Origin: a bacterium | GTDB lineage: Bacteria > Patescibacteriota > Minisyncoccia > Phycocordibacterales > UBA6899 | Length of the DNA: 32,393 bases | Direction of reading: 5' to 3' | NCBI GenBank assembly: GCA_043744555.1 | Contig: JAYTUL010000026.1 | Coordinates: forward strand, 1 to 32,393 | Part shown: one piece after another, positions 17,076 through 26,621 of the stretch | Layout: each line of letters opens with the position of its first letter | Numbering within the stretch: the stretch's first letter is position 1 | Notes under the pieces: model-generated | Told to the model about the DNA's origin: nothing | Databases searched by the model: none | What the model saw: only the letters and a program-made list of their open reading frames with translations | Translations under genes and position numbers: made by a program

Positions 17076-18755
17076 ATGACTCATTTTAATGACGATAAAG
17101 AAGCGAAGTATTTTAATGAAATGCACCAAAAAGAAGCGGAGGCACTCGCCCAGATACTTTCTGAGCGATATGGGTTTCCTTATGTGGACCTGTCTCGATT
17201 GATCGTGGATAACAGTGCTATTCGATTAATCCCTGAACCAGTGTCCCGCGAAGCAAAGATCGTAGTCTATCAAATGAATCAGCACAAGGTAAGCATGGCG
17301 GTACAAACCCCAAACAACCCGAAGGTTACCAATGTACTTGAAGAGCTTAAGCGGCAAGGTTTTAATGTCAATATGTTCATCGCGTCCGAATTCGGAATTG
17401 CGAAAGCATGGGAAGTATACAAAGAAGTATCTAATGCTAAAGCAGAGACGGCGGGTGTGATGTCTGTTTCGGAAGAGACTATGCAGAAATATGTTTCTGT
17501 TATTAAGAACATCGCGGATGTAAAAGCTGTCGTTGAAGGGGCGATAGCATCTGGAGACGCGCACTCGATTTCAAGTGTCGTTGAGATCATAATGGGTGGC
17601 GCGGTCGCGACCAATGTCTCAGATGTGCACATTGAACCAGAGCACGAAATCGTACGTGTGCGTTATCGTCTCGATGGTATCCTCCAGAATGTTGTTGATC
17701 TTACTCATGCGAATTACCACCGTGTACTCTCACGCATCAAACTACTCGCCGGTGTGAAGCTCAATCTCACACATGAGGCACAAGATGGCCGCTTCACAAT
17801 AAAGATCCAAGGTATGGACGTCGAGGTCCGTACATCAATACTTCCTGCTGCATACGCTGAATCTGTGGTTATGCGTATCTTGAATCCCAAATCTATTTCG
17901 GTTCCACTTGAAGAATTAGGTATGGATGAGTATTTCTATAAGATCATGGTTGACCAAATAGGGAAACCCAACGGCCTTGTTTTGACCACAGGACCGACTG
18001 GTTCAGGAAAAACAACCACACTGTATGCATGTTTGAAAAAACTTCGCAGTCCGCAGATAAAAATCATCACCATTGAAGATCCTATCGAGTACCATCTTGA
18101 TGGCATATCACAAACTCAAGTCGATCATGACAAAGGCTATGATTTTAGCCATGGACTGCGCGCTGCTGTGCGTCAGGATCCTGACATCATCATGGTCGGT
18201 GAAATTCGTGACGAAGAGACTGCTTCTGTCGCTATCGACTCTGCTCTGACTGGTCACTTAGTATTTTCAACTCTTCACACGAACAATGCAGCAGGTGCAA
18301 TTCCTCGCCTTATCGATATCGGCGTCAATCCAAAGATCATCAGCTCTGCGCTCAATATTGCCATTGGACAGCGTCTTGTTCGCAGGCTTTGTAAGTTTTG
18401 CAAAGAAGAATATGTACCAGAAGGAAAAGAGGCGGAGGCACTCGCACGCGAACTCCCTGAGATAAAGAAATTCCGTCCAAACCTTATTGTTCCGGAAAAA
18501 TTATGGAAACCTGTTGGTTGTGACAAATGTTCGTTCACAGGATTCAAAGGTCGTGTGTCGATCTACGAGGGAATCCTTATGGATAGAGCCATCGAAGCCA
18601 TTTTGCGTGAGAATCCAAGTGAGCGTGAGATCAAGGAGGCGGCAAAACCTCAGGGTATATTGGATATGCGACAAGATGGGTTTGTGAAGTGCATGACTGG
18701 GATGACGGCGATCTCGGAGATTGACCGAGCTGTAGGGTTAGATGAGGGAAGGTAG
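17076..18755 (+). CDS. pilB: Type IV pilus assembly / GspE-family ATPase
   Basis: SDVHIEP, GPTGSGKTTTLY, TIEDPIEY, RQDPDIIMVGEIRD, TGHLVFSTLHTN, two CxxC motifs. Confidence 0.9.
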   Translation: MTHFNDDKEAKYFNEMHQKEAEALAQILSERYGFPYVDLSRLIVDNSAIRLIPEPVSREAKIVVYQMNQHKVSMAVQTPNNPKVTNVLEELKRQGFNVNMFIASEFGIAKAWEVYKEVSNAKAETAGVMSVSEETMQKYVSVIKNIADVKAVVEGAIASGDAHSISSVVEIIMGGAVATNVSDVHIEPEHEIVRVRYRLDGILQNVVDLTHANYHRVLSRIKLLAGVKLNLTHEAQDGRFTIKIQGMDVEVRTSILPAAYAESVVMRILNPKSISVPLEELGMDEYFYKIMVDQIGKPNGLVLTTGPTGSGKTTTLYACLKKLRSPQIKIITIEDPIEYHLDGISQTQVDHDKGYDFSHGLRAAVRQDPDIIMVGEIRDEETASVAIDSALTGHLVFSTLHTNNAAGAIPRLIDIGVNPKIISSALNIAIGQRLVRRLCKFCKEEYVPEGKEAEALARELPEIKKFRPNLIVPEKLWKPVGCDKCSFTGFKGRVSIYEGILMDRAIEAILRENPSEREIKEAAKPQGILDMRQDGFVKCMTGMTAISEIDRAVGLDEGR

Positions 18756-18773
18756 TGCGAGTCGCACTTTTGG

Positions 18774-18873
18774 CGTACTTCGAACTTGGTGCCGTGCTCG
18801 GTCGCAAGGCAGTATCACTTATACAGCCCTTGCGACACTGTGCATCACCGCGTCCGAATTACATCCTCGTACG
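18774..18873. repeat. Long imperfect palindrome (REP-like)
   Basis: GTCGCAAGG (18801-09)/CCTTGCGAC (18828-36), with outer GGTGC/GCATC and CGTAC/GTACG pairings. Confidence 0.55.
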
Positions 18874-18906
18874 TAGTCTATGCTATCGCTATCCTTTTTA
18901 AAATAC

Positions 18907-18933
18907 AAAAAACCCACCGTAGGTGAGTTTTTT
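18907..18933. terminator. Bidirectional intrinsic terminator
   Basis: AAAAAACCCACC-GTA-GGTGAGTTTTTT. Confidence 0.75.
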
Positions 18934-19019
18934 GTCATCTCATTATCTTGCCGATTAAATGGAGAGAAGGTAATAAAGCTGTTGTTTAAACCTGCCCTCA
19001 ATTCAATTTACAAGCAAAT

Positions 19020-19255
19020 GTCTACTATCTTCTTCTTGAAAACAAGAATTATCTCCAGCGCGTAACCCTTCAAACAACTACTGTCGACAATAATGCCGAG
19101 AGTTAAAAGCATTCCTAAGGGGATCGTTAGTATACGCACGCGGGGTGGTAACCAAGGAATCCTTGGAGATACATCATGGAAGCCTGTGGGGCCTTAGTAG
19201 TTTGAAGGGTGACATTCTTGAGCTATCGTCTCCTATTTTTTATGAAGATCACTAC
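19020..19255 (-). ncRNA. Candidate rod-like non-coding RNA
   Basis: Downstream of a strong minus-strand promoter; nested long-range stems 19065-82/19196-210, 19043-49/19214-20, 19027-32/19244-49; no convincing ORF. Confidence 0.4.
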
Positions 19256-19261
19256 GGTATC

Positions 19262-19290
19262 ACTCTATCATGTTTTTTAATTGTTGTCAA
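19262..19290 (-). promoter_or_regulatory. Sigma70 promoter with no downstream protein gene
   Basis: TTGACA-17 bp-TAGAGT with extended -10 TG. Confidence 0.65.
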
Positions 19291-19471
19291 GTAATTTCAC
19301 TTTATCTCATTTTTAATTTCAGTTCTACTTCAATCACGATAAGATTACTTCCCCCTTTCGAAAGAGTATTCATCGTGGCATACTGAGTGAGAAAGAAATC
19401 GGTCGCACTTTATTTTGTGAACAATGCACCAGTTTCCGTTGCTGATAGGCAGTGTAGCATAACCATCATTT

Positions 19472-20524
19472 ATGTCAAGTAAACTCAATACGAGAGAGGA
19501 AGCAATCATAGGAAATATCGGAGAAATGCCTATAAATGATGGGTTATTTTTAGATCAACGACTGCGCCCAAGCACGTGGGGTGACTACATCGGACAAAGT
19601 CATATCAAACAAAATCTTGAGATTCTTCTCGCTGCCGCAAAAGAGCGTGCGCATCCACCTGAGCATCTTCTTTTTTATGGACCCCCAGGACTCGGCAAAA
19701 CCACATTAGCGCATCTGATAGCAAAAGAAACTTCTGCGCAACTCAAAAGTACATCTGGGCCTGCGATCGAGAAAGTTGGAGACTTAGCATCAATACTTAC
19801 CAATTTAAACTCCGGCGATATACTTTTTATTGATGAAATTCATCGTCTCAATAAAATGGTTGAGGAGGTACTTTATCCTGCTATGGAATCAGGAGTACTC
19901 GATATCATCATCGGCAAAGGTCCGTCAGCTAGAACGATGCAACTCGAATTACCCCCCTTCACGCTTATTGCGGCGACAACGCGCATCGCACTCTTGTCTG
20001 CACCGCTTCGTTCGCGGTTTTCCGGAGGCGTGTTTCGTCTTGAGTTTTACACAGAAGGAGAAATTGAGATTATTCTTCATCGTTCTGCGCAAATTCTTGG
20101 TGTTCCTCTTCTGCAAGGTGCAGCGAGTGAGATAGCGAAGCGGAGTCGCTTTACCCCGCGTACTGCCAATTATTTCCTGAAGCGTGCGCGTGATTTCGCA
20201 CAAGTCGGGAAAGTTGCGCTTGATGAAGGTGCGGTAAAAGAAGCACTTCGCCTATTAGAGATCGACGAAATAGGGTTATCGCAGCCTGATCGGCATATGC
20301 TCAGTATTTTGATCGAAAAATTTGCCGGTGGCCCTGTTGGCCTCAGTACTATCGCCGCAGCAACATCAGAAGAGCAGGCAACCATTGAAGAGGTTTATGA
20401 GCCATATCTACTTAAGCTCGGATTACTTGAACGCACTCAACGTGGGCGTGTCGCAACCAAGAAAGCTTATGAGCACTTAGGGTTTGACTACCTGAAAGAT
20501 AGTCAGGAGAAACTTCTTTCATAA
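19472..20524 (+). CDS. ruvB: Holliday junction branch migration helicase RuvB
   Basis: LRP...YIGQ, GPPGLGKTTLA, FIDEIHRL, LYPAME, EPYL, RGR. Confidence 0.97.
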   Translation: MSSKLNTREEAIIGNIGEMPINDGLFLDQRLRPSTWGDYIGQSHIKQNLEILLAAAKERAHPPEHLLFYGPPGLGKTTLAHLIAKETSAQLKSTSGPAIEKVGDLASILTNLNSGDILFIDEIHRLNKMVEEVLYPAMESGVLDIIIGKGPSARTMQLELPPFTLIAATTRIALLSAPLRSRFSGGVFRLEFYTEGEIEIILHRSAQILGVPLLQGAASEIAKRSRFTPRTANYFLKRARDFAQVGKVALDEGAVKEALRLLEIDEIGLSQPDRHMLSILIEKFAGGPVGLSTIAAATSEEQATIEEVYEPYLLKLGLLERTQRGRVATKKAYEHLGFDYLKDSQEKLLS

Positions 20525-20526
20525 AC

Positions 20527-21081
20527 ATGAAAAGAGTTTTTATCATACACGGTTGGGAAGGAAATCCATTGATCAATTGGTTTCCTTGGCTTAAATCTGA
20601 ATTAGAGAAGAGAGCAATTGAGGTGATTGTCCCAGTAATGCCCGACACCATGAATCCCACACAAACAGCTTGGGTCGGACACCTTTCATCACTCGTCGGC
20701 ACTGCAACAGAGGAAACTTACTTCGTTGGGCACAGTCTTGGAGGAATCACTATTCTTCGTTACATTGAGTCACTGGTAGAAGATACCAAAGTTGGAGGTG
20801 TCATACTCACAGCATCATTTCCAGAGTCGATAGGATACAGTGAACTTGCTTCATTTTTTCAAACTCCACTCAACTATAAAAAAATCCGCGATGGGGCGGG
20901 CAGCATAGTCGCCATACAATCAGACAATGACCCATTTGTTCCAGTACGCATGGGTGAGCTATTGAAAAAGGATTTGGGTGTAAGATTGATTACAATTAAG
21001 AGTGGTGGCCACTTGAACACAAGTGATGGATTCACAGAATTTCTGGAGGTGTTGAAGGAACTTAACTCTATGATTGAGTAA
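20527..21081 (+). CDS. RBBP9/YdeN family alpha/beta hydrolase
   Basis: IIHGW, NWFPWL, GHSLG, SDNDPFVP, GGHLN. Confidence 0.9.
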   Translation: MKRVFIIHGWEGNPLINWFPWLKSELEKRAIEVIVPVMPDTMNPTQTAWVGHLSSLVGTATEETYFVGHSLGGITILRYIESLVEDTKVGGVILTASFPESIGYSELASFFQTPLNYKKIRDGAGSIVAIQSDNDPFVPVRMGELLKKDLGVRLITIKSGGHLNTSDGFTEFLEVLKELNSMIE

Positions 21082-21160
21082 TTGTTTACTTTCGTGAAAT
21101 TCGTTAGTATCAAGATACCAATGAATTTATCTACTTACTACTCTCTACTAACTACTTATT

Positions 21161-21691
21161 ATGAGCGGACACAGTAAATGGGCGCAAATAAAACGCCAGA
21201 AAGGAGCTGAAGATTCCAAGAAGTCCAAAGTTTTTGGCAAGCTGGGCAGTCTTATAGCAACAGAAGCGCGAAAAGCAAATGGTGATATAAATTCACCGGG
21301 ACTTCGCATGCTTATTGAAAAAGCAAAGAAGGAGAATATGCCAAAAGACACAATTGAGCGAGCAGTGAAAAAGGGTGTTGGTGGTGAGGCGGAAATAATG
21401 GAAGCGTTGACCTATGAGGGATATGGTCCCGGTGGTTGTGCGCTTATTATCGAAGCGTTCACTGGTAACCGAAATAAAGCAGCGCAAGAAATAAAGCATA
21501 TCCTTGCAAAAAATGGCGGATCGCTCGCAGCACAAGGTTCAGCCTCGTGGGCATTCACTAAGTCAAATGATGAGTGGGTACCAAATATGACTATGCCACT
21601 ATCTGATGATGATGGAGAAATTCTCTCAGTAATCATACTGGAGCTTGAGGCAAATGACGAGGTGCAGGATGTTTACACTAACGCAGATTAA
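21161..21691 (+). CDS. yebC: YebC/PmpR family protein (short form)
   Basis: MSGHSKWAQIKRQK, NMPKDTIERA, YEGYGPGG, DEVQDVYTN; 176 aa. Confidence 0.93.
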   Translation: MSGHSKWAQIKRQKGAEDSKKSKVFGKLGSLIATEARKANGDINSPGLRMLIEKAKKENMPKDTIERAVKKGVGGEAEIMEALTYEGYGPGGCALIIEAFTGNRNKAAQEIKHILAKNGGSLAAQGSASWAFTKSNDEWVPNMTMPLSDDDGEILSVIILELEANDEVQDVYTNAD

Positions 21692-21727
21692 TATCATTGT
21701 GTTTAATGATGGTGGTACAATAAGCAC

Positions 21728-22222
21728 ATGAAAGTGCTTGCAATAGATCCTGGATTTGCTCGCTGTGGAGTTGCCGTGCTTGATGGCACAGCATCGAGTG
21801 CACTCCTGCTTTACTCTTCATGTATTGAAACTACACACAAAGATGATTTTAGTTCGCGACTACTTATGGTTGGGAATGAGGTATCGCGCATCATTAAAGA
21901 ATTTCAACCAGATGCAGTCGCTATTGAAGAACTCTATTTCACCAATAACGCCAAGACTGCGCTTCGTGTTGCTGAAGTACGCGGAATGCTTATATTTCTT
22001 GCAGGATCTTTGGGTGTAGTGTTAGTAGAATACAATCCGCTAGCGATAAAAATTGCACTGACGGGTTATGGTCGTGCCTCCAAGGAGCAGGTCATGAAAA
22101 TGGTAGAAAAACTCATTAAGTTTCCTGAAAAGAAAATGCTCGATGATGAGTATGATGCAATAGCGCTCGGTCTCACGGCGCTCGCAGGGGCAAAATATAA
22201 TGAAGTCCATAGCTATAAATAA
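21728..22222 (+). CDS. ruvC: Crossover junction endodeoxyribonuclease RuvC
   Basis: LAIDPG, AIEELYF, TGYGRASKEQV, DDEYDAIA. Confidence 0.96.
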   Translation: MKVLAIDPGFARCGVAVLDGTASSALLLYSSCIETTHKDDFSSRLLMVGNEVSRIIKEFQPDAVAIEELYFTNNAKTALRVAEVRGMLIFLAGSLGVVLVEYNPLAIKIALTGYGRASKEQVMKMVEKLIKFPEKKMLDDEYDAIALGLTALAGAKYNEVHSYK

Positions 22223-22340
22223 AAATTTTCCTGTGTAGACTTTTGATACTTGCGTGTGATAGTGGAATTGTGATACATATGAGGTAATGTTCGCTTGATG
22301 AGTGTGCGAACCGCAATTTATAAAACAAATATTGTTTATT

Positions 22341-22508
22341 ATGATTGATGACATACAAGCCGGAGGAATTCTACTACCTGACGACATCATATCGACTGAT
22401 GGTGAGTTTGATCCTGATGCATTTGAAAGTGATGACATTCTCGGTGATGATATTGCAGTTACAGCTATCGATGGTGAGATAGACCCTTTAATTGGCGACG
22501 TAGTTTAA
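22341..22508 (+). CDS. Small, extremely acidic protein (55 aa)
   Basis: MIDDIQAGG...IGDVV: 14 Asp, 3 Glu, no Lys/Arg/His; fills the ruvC-tyrS gap. Confidence 0.6.
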   Translation: MIDDIQAGGILLPDDIISTDGEFDPDAFESDDILGDDIAVTAIDGEIDPLIGDVV

Positions 22509-22558
22509 AAAAATAAGACTTTAAGACCGATAGAGCTATAGAACTCATGGGTCTTATT

Positions 22559-23980
22559 TTATTCGATGACGATCTTCACAAACCTGTGTTTTCCTATCTT
22601 AAACACTACGTCTTTGTTCACTAAAAATGTCGCTTCAGAGATTTTAGTTATTCCCTCCTCACGTATCGCCCCTTCTTCGATAAGTCTGCGGAATTCTCCT
22701 TTCGAGGCAACAAGCTTAGCTGCAAGGAACGCGTCGACAAGTGGGGTGTCCTTTTTGATTGTTACACATAAGATGTCTTCAGGAATCTCTTTTTTTTTGA
22801 ATGTGTTCACAAATCCTTCTCTTGCACGTAGTCCAGCATCACGCCCATGATAGATCTCAACTATCTGCTGAGCAAGATCCATTTTGATCTCTTTTGGGTG
22901 CGCTTTTCCTGACTGCAAATCTTTACTGATGGTCTTTATCTTTAGTGTAGGGGTGAATGTTGCGAGTGAAAAATACTCAGGTATGACTTGGTCAGGGATA
23001 CTCATGAGTTTTCCAAACATGTCTGTTGGGGTATCTATAATAGAAACATAGTTATCAAGGGATTTGGACATTTTTTCCTTACCATCAGTGCCGACTAAGA
23101 GTTCAAATGCGAGCACAGCCTGAGGTTCACGTTTGTTTGTTTCCATTATTTTCCTTCCCATCAACATATTGAATGTCTGATCGGTTCCTCCCACCTCAAG
23201 ATCACAGGAGCCGTACACCTGCGCGAGTAGATCTGAATCGATACCTTGAAAAACGGGATAGAGCATCTCATGCATAAAAAGACTTTCTCCATCCTTTATT
23301 CTTTTTTGGAACATATCACGCTCGATAAGTTGGGCCAGTGTGATGTGTTTGAGTCCCCACAATAAACTACGCATCGTTACAACGGAGATTTTTTTTACTC
23401 CAAGTTTTTTCTGCATACGCGTCTCTTCGAACACAACTGCCTTACCGACGAATGAGTTCGGATCAAATGCAATATGTTCTGTTTTTGCGCCACCATGGAG
23501 GGTGACGTCCATACTTACCTTATAGTCACTTGGTAGATCGAGGTCAGTGATGGTGGTGAACCAGTCCGAGTTGCGAATCCATGAAAAACATTCAGGTTCT
23601 AGTTTAAGTATCTTTCCTACTTGATCAAGGTAGGTTTGCATATTTACTTCAATCACCGATTGTTCTAGTTCTGGTCGAGTTTTGTTTTTTCCTGTTGGAT
23701 CTCCGATCTGTGCGGTGTAGTCTCCAATAAGAAATATCACCTTACAGCCGAGATCCTGCATTTGACGGAGTTTATGTAACACAACAGAGTGCCCAAGGTG
23801 AATATCGGGGCGTGTGGGGTCTACACCAAACTTAATGATAATATCTTTGGGATATATTCCAGTCGCTTTTGCGATAAGTTTTTTACGAAAACTATTATCG
23901 GGATCAATAAAAGATCCTACGCCGCGTTCAAAGATCAGAGATATAGCATTTTCAGCCTCTTGAGTGCTCATTTTCACCAT
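22559..23980 (-). CDS. tyrS: Tyrosine--tRNA ligase with internal insertion
   Basis: KFGVDPT..DIHLGH, IGDPTG, GGTDQ.FN, KMSKS, C-terminal S4-like domain. Confidence 0.96.
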   Translation of the reverse strand: MVKMSTQEAENAISLIFERGVGSFIDPDNSFRKKLIAKATGIYPKDIIIKFGVDPTRPDIHLGHSVVLHKLRQMQDLGCKVIFLIGDYTAQIGDPTGKNKTRPELEQSVIEVNMQTYLDQVGKILKLEPECFSWIRNSDWFTTITDLDLPSDYKVSMDVTLHGGAKTEHIAFDPNSFVGKAVVFEETRMQKKLGVKKISVVTMRSLLWGLKHITLAQLIERDMFQKRIKDGESLFMHEMLYPVFQGIDSDLLAQVYGSCDLEVGGTDQTFNMLMGRKIMETNKREPQAVLAFELLVGTDGKEKMSKSLDNYVSIIDTPTDMFGKLMSIPDQVIPEYFSLATFTPTLKIKTISKDLQSGKAHPKEIKMDLAQQIVEIYHGRDAGLRAREGFVNTFKKKEIPEDILCVTIKKDTPLVDAFLAAKLVASKGEFRRLIEEGAIREEGITKISEATFLVNKDVVFKIGKHRFVKIVIE

Positions 23981-24074
23981 AATTCACATGCTAACACATT
24001 TGCTGACTTATACCATTCTCAAAAAACGTCACAGCTCTTGTTCTTTTGTGTTAAAATGGTTATATAAATCACTC

Positions 24075-26621
24075 ATGCATAGGGCATACAAATCAAAACC
24101 CCGACGTCGATTTCTTCATTTTTTTCAACTAGTTGTAGTGGTTTTTTTGATCCTTGGAATCTTCACAGTCAGTGGATTTTTTATCTGGGCAGCAACAATC
24201 CAAATCCCTGATTTCAGTCTGTTTGAGTCACGAAAAGTCTCTCAATCCACAAAAATATACGACCGAACAGGCAAGATCCTACTCTATGATGTGCACAAGG
24301 ATGTACGACGTACAGTAGTGACTTTTGAGTCAATAAATCCTTACATAAAGAACGCGACTGTGGCGATAGAGGACGAGCAGTTCTATCAACATCATGGAAT
24401 AAAGCCCACTGCTATATTAAGAGCGGTGTGGGTAAATCTTAAAAACGGGCAATACAGCCAAGGAGGTTCAACTATAACCCAGCAAGTAATAAAAAATGCT
24501 CTACTCACTCAAGAAAAAACTCTCACAAGAAAATTAAAAGAGTGGATCTTGGCTCTCAAAATAGAGCACATAATGACAAAAGAGCAGATACTAACACTTT
24601 ATTTAAATGATTCTCCGTATGGTGGAAATATTTATGGTATTGAGGAGGCGAGTATGACTTTTTTTGGTAAACATGCGAACGATGTCACACTTGCTGAGTC
24701 TGCTTATCTTGCCGCGCTTCCACAAGCCCCTACACTATATTCACCATATGGTAGCAATATCAACAAACTTGAATCTAGAAAAAATACTGTTTTAAAAAAA
24801 ATGCTCTCACTCAGCATGGTGTCTCAAACAGAATATGACGCCGCTATTAGTGAGCAGGTTAAATTCCTTCCACCTCAAGGTGGTGGAATTAGGGCGCCAC
24901 ACTTTGTGATGTATATAAAAGAACAACTTGCGGAAGAGTATGGGGAAGAGACTTTGAATGAGGGTGGTTTAAGGGTTATTACCACCCTTAATATGGACCT
25001 GCAGCAAAAAGCAGAAGCAATTGTGAAACAATATGCACTTAAGAATGAGAAGGCGTTCAATGCAAAGAATGCCTCACTTGTTGCAATCGACCCAAAAACA
25101 GGTCAGATACTTACTATGGTTGGCTCACGTGATTATTTTGACACAAAACATGAGGGAAATTTCAATATTGCGCTTGCAAAGCGCCAACCAGGATCTGCGT
25201 TCAAACCATTTGTATATGCTGCAGCATTTGAGAAAGGATATACGCCGGACACAGTGGTGTTCAATGTACGAACACAATTCTCGACTCGCTGCGATGTCGA
25301 TGGTAACCCACTTAATGGGGCCGATCCATCATCTTGTTATATGCCTGAAAATTATGACCATCATTATTCAGGTCCTATGTCGCTTCGGAATGCTTTAGCA
25401 CAATCCGTAAATGTCCCTGCAGTAAAAATGCTCTATTTGGTGGGTCTAGATAGTGCGATCGACATGGCACAGAGACTTGGTATCACCACACTTGGGCATA
25501 AGTCCCGTTATGGACTTACGTTGGTTCTTGGGGGTGGAGAGGTGTCTCTCCTTGAGATGGTGAGTGCGTATGGGGTTTTTGCTCATGATGGTGTGCGTGA
25601 ACCATATACAGGAATAATCCACATAGAGGATTCATTGGGTCAGAACCTTTATGATTTTACTCCGCATGAAACTCAAGTGATCGACCCTGAAATAGCACGA
25701 AAAATATCCGATGTATTGTCGGATAATGACGCTCGCGCGCCTGCTTTTGGTGAAGATTCATATTTAAAAGTAGAAGACCGTCAAGTTGCAGTAAAAACTG
25801 GTACAACCAATAACTATAAAGACGCGTGGATTATTGGGTACACACCCTCGATAGCAGTCGGTGCGTGGGCAGGAAACAATGATAATTCTCCTATGGAGAA
25901 GAAGGTTGCCGGATTTATTATTGCTCCGCTTTGGAATGCATTCTTTAATGCTGCATCTTCATCTATCCCAGTCGAAAACTTCCCACCCACACAACCCACA
26001 TCACCCACACTCAAACCCGCACTCAGGGGTTTGTGGTATGGCGGACAAACATATCGTGTTGATAAAGTCTCAGGAAAACTTGCCACTGAATTCACACCCT
26101 CAGGATTAATTGAAGAAAAAGTTGTCCCCAATCCACATGAAATACTCTATTGGGTAAACAAAGATGACCCAGGAGGACCTGCTCCTATTAATCCATATAA
26201 TGATCCTCAATTTTTATTGTGGGAGATACCGGCCGAGCGGTGGGTTGCCGCAAATGGCTTACCAAGTAATGCGTGGAGTGTGGTACCCACAAGTTATGAT
26301 GATCTTCATAGGCCAGAATTAAAACCTCAAATAATCATCATTAACCCCACTGCATCGACGACATATGACCGTGAACAAAAAACGATTATTCAAGCAATAG
26401 TAATGAGTAGTTTTACTATTGATAGAGTTGATTTTTCTATGAATGGAGTTTTTCTTGGTTCTTCACGTGTAGCACCTTATGAATTTGCATTCATACCCTC
26501 ACAAATAAGTGGTGTTTCTGACACAAATCAACTTCATGTCAATGCCTATGACACTGTAGGTAATACGAATGATAGTTTTGTGGGCTTCACCTTAGCAACA
26601 AGCACTGGGCAAGCTAACTAA
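24075..26621 (+). CDS. Class A penicillin-binding protein (PBP1A family) with C-terminal Ig-like domain
   Basis: N-terminal TM; EDEQFYQH.G, GGSTITQQ, RKLKE transglycosylase motifs; SAFK, SVN, KTG transpeptidase motifs. Start moved to ATG 24075 to avoid overlap with tyrS. Confidence 0.93.
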   Translation: MHRAYKSKPRRRFLHFFQLVVVVFLILGIFTVSGFFIWAATIQIPDFSLFESRKVSQSTKIYDRTGKILLYDVHKDVRRTVVTFESINPYIKNATVAIEDEQFYQHHGIKPTAILRAVWVNLKNGQYSQGGSTITQQVIKNALLTQEKTLTRKLKEWILALKIEHIMTKEQILTLYLNDSPYGGNIYGIEEASMTFFGKHANDVTLAESAYLAALPQAPTLYSPYGSNINKLESRKNTVLKKMLSLSMVSQTEYDAAISEQVKFLPPQGGGIRAPHFVMYIKEQLAEEYGEETLNEGGLRVITTLNMDLQQKAEAIVKQYALKNEKAFNAKNASLVAIDPKTGQILTMVGSRDYFDTKHEGNFNIALAKRQPGSAFKPFVYAAAFEKGYTPDTVVFNVRTQFSTRCDVDGNPLNGADPSSCYMPENYDHHYSGPMSLRNALAQSVNVPAVKMLYLVGLDSAIDMAQRLGITTLGHKSRYGLTLVLGGGEVSLLEMVSAYGVFAHDGVREPYTGIIHIEDSLGQNLYDFTPHETQVIDPEIARKISDVLSDNDARAPAFGEDSYLKVEDRQVAVKTGTTNNYKDAWIIGYTPSIAVGAWAGNNDNSPMEKKVAGFIIAPLWNAFFNAASSSIPVENFPPTQPTSPTLKPALRGLWYGGQTYRVDKVSGKLATEFTPSGLIEEKVVPNPHEILYWVNKDDPGGPAPINPYNDPQFLLWEIPAERWVAANGLPSNAWSVVPTSYDDLHRPELKPQIIIINPTASTTYDREQKTIIQAIVMSSFTIDRVDFSMNGVFLGSSRVAPYEFAFIPSQISGVSDTNQLHVNAYDTVGNTNDSFVGFTLATSTGQAN

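Noticed and set aside
23381-23554. Intein or intron in tyrS
   Set aside because: Reading frame is continuous, the insert is too short and it lacks C/S...HN splice residues.
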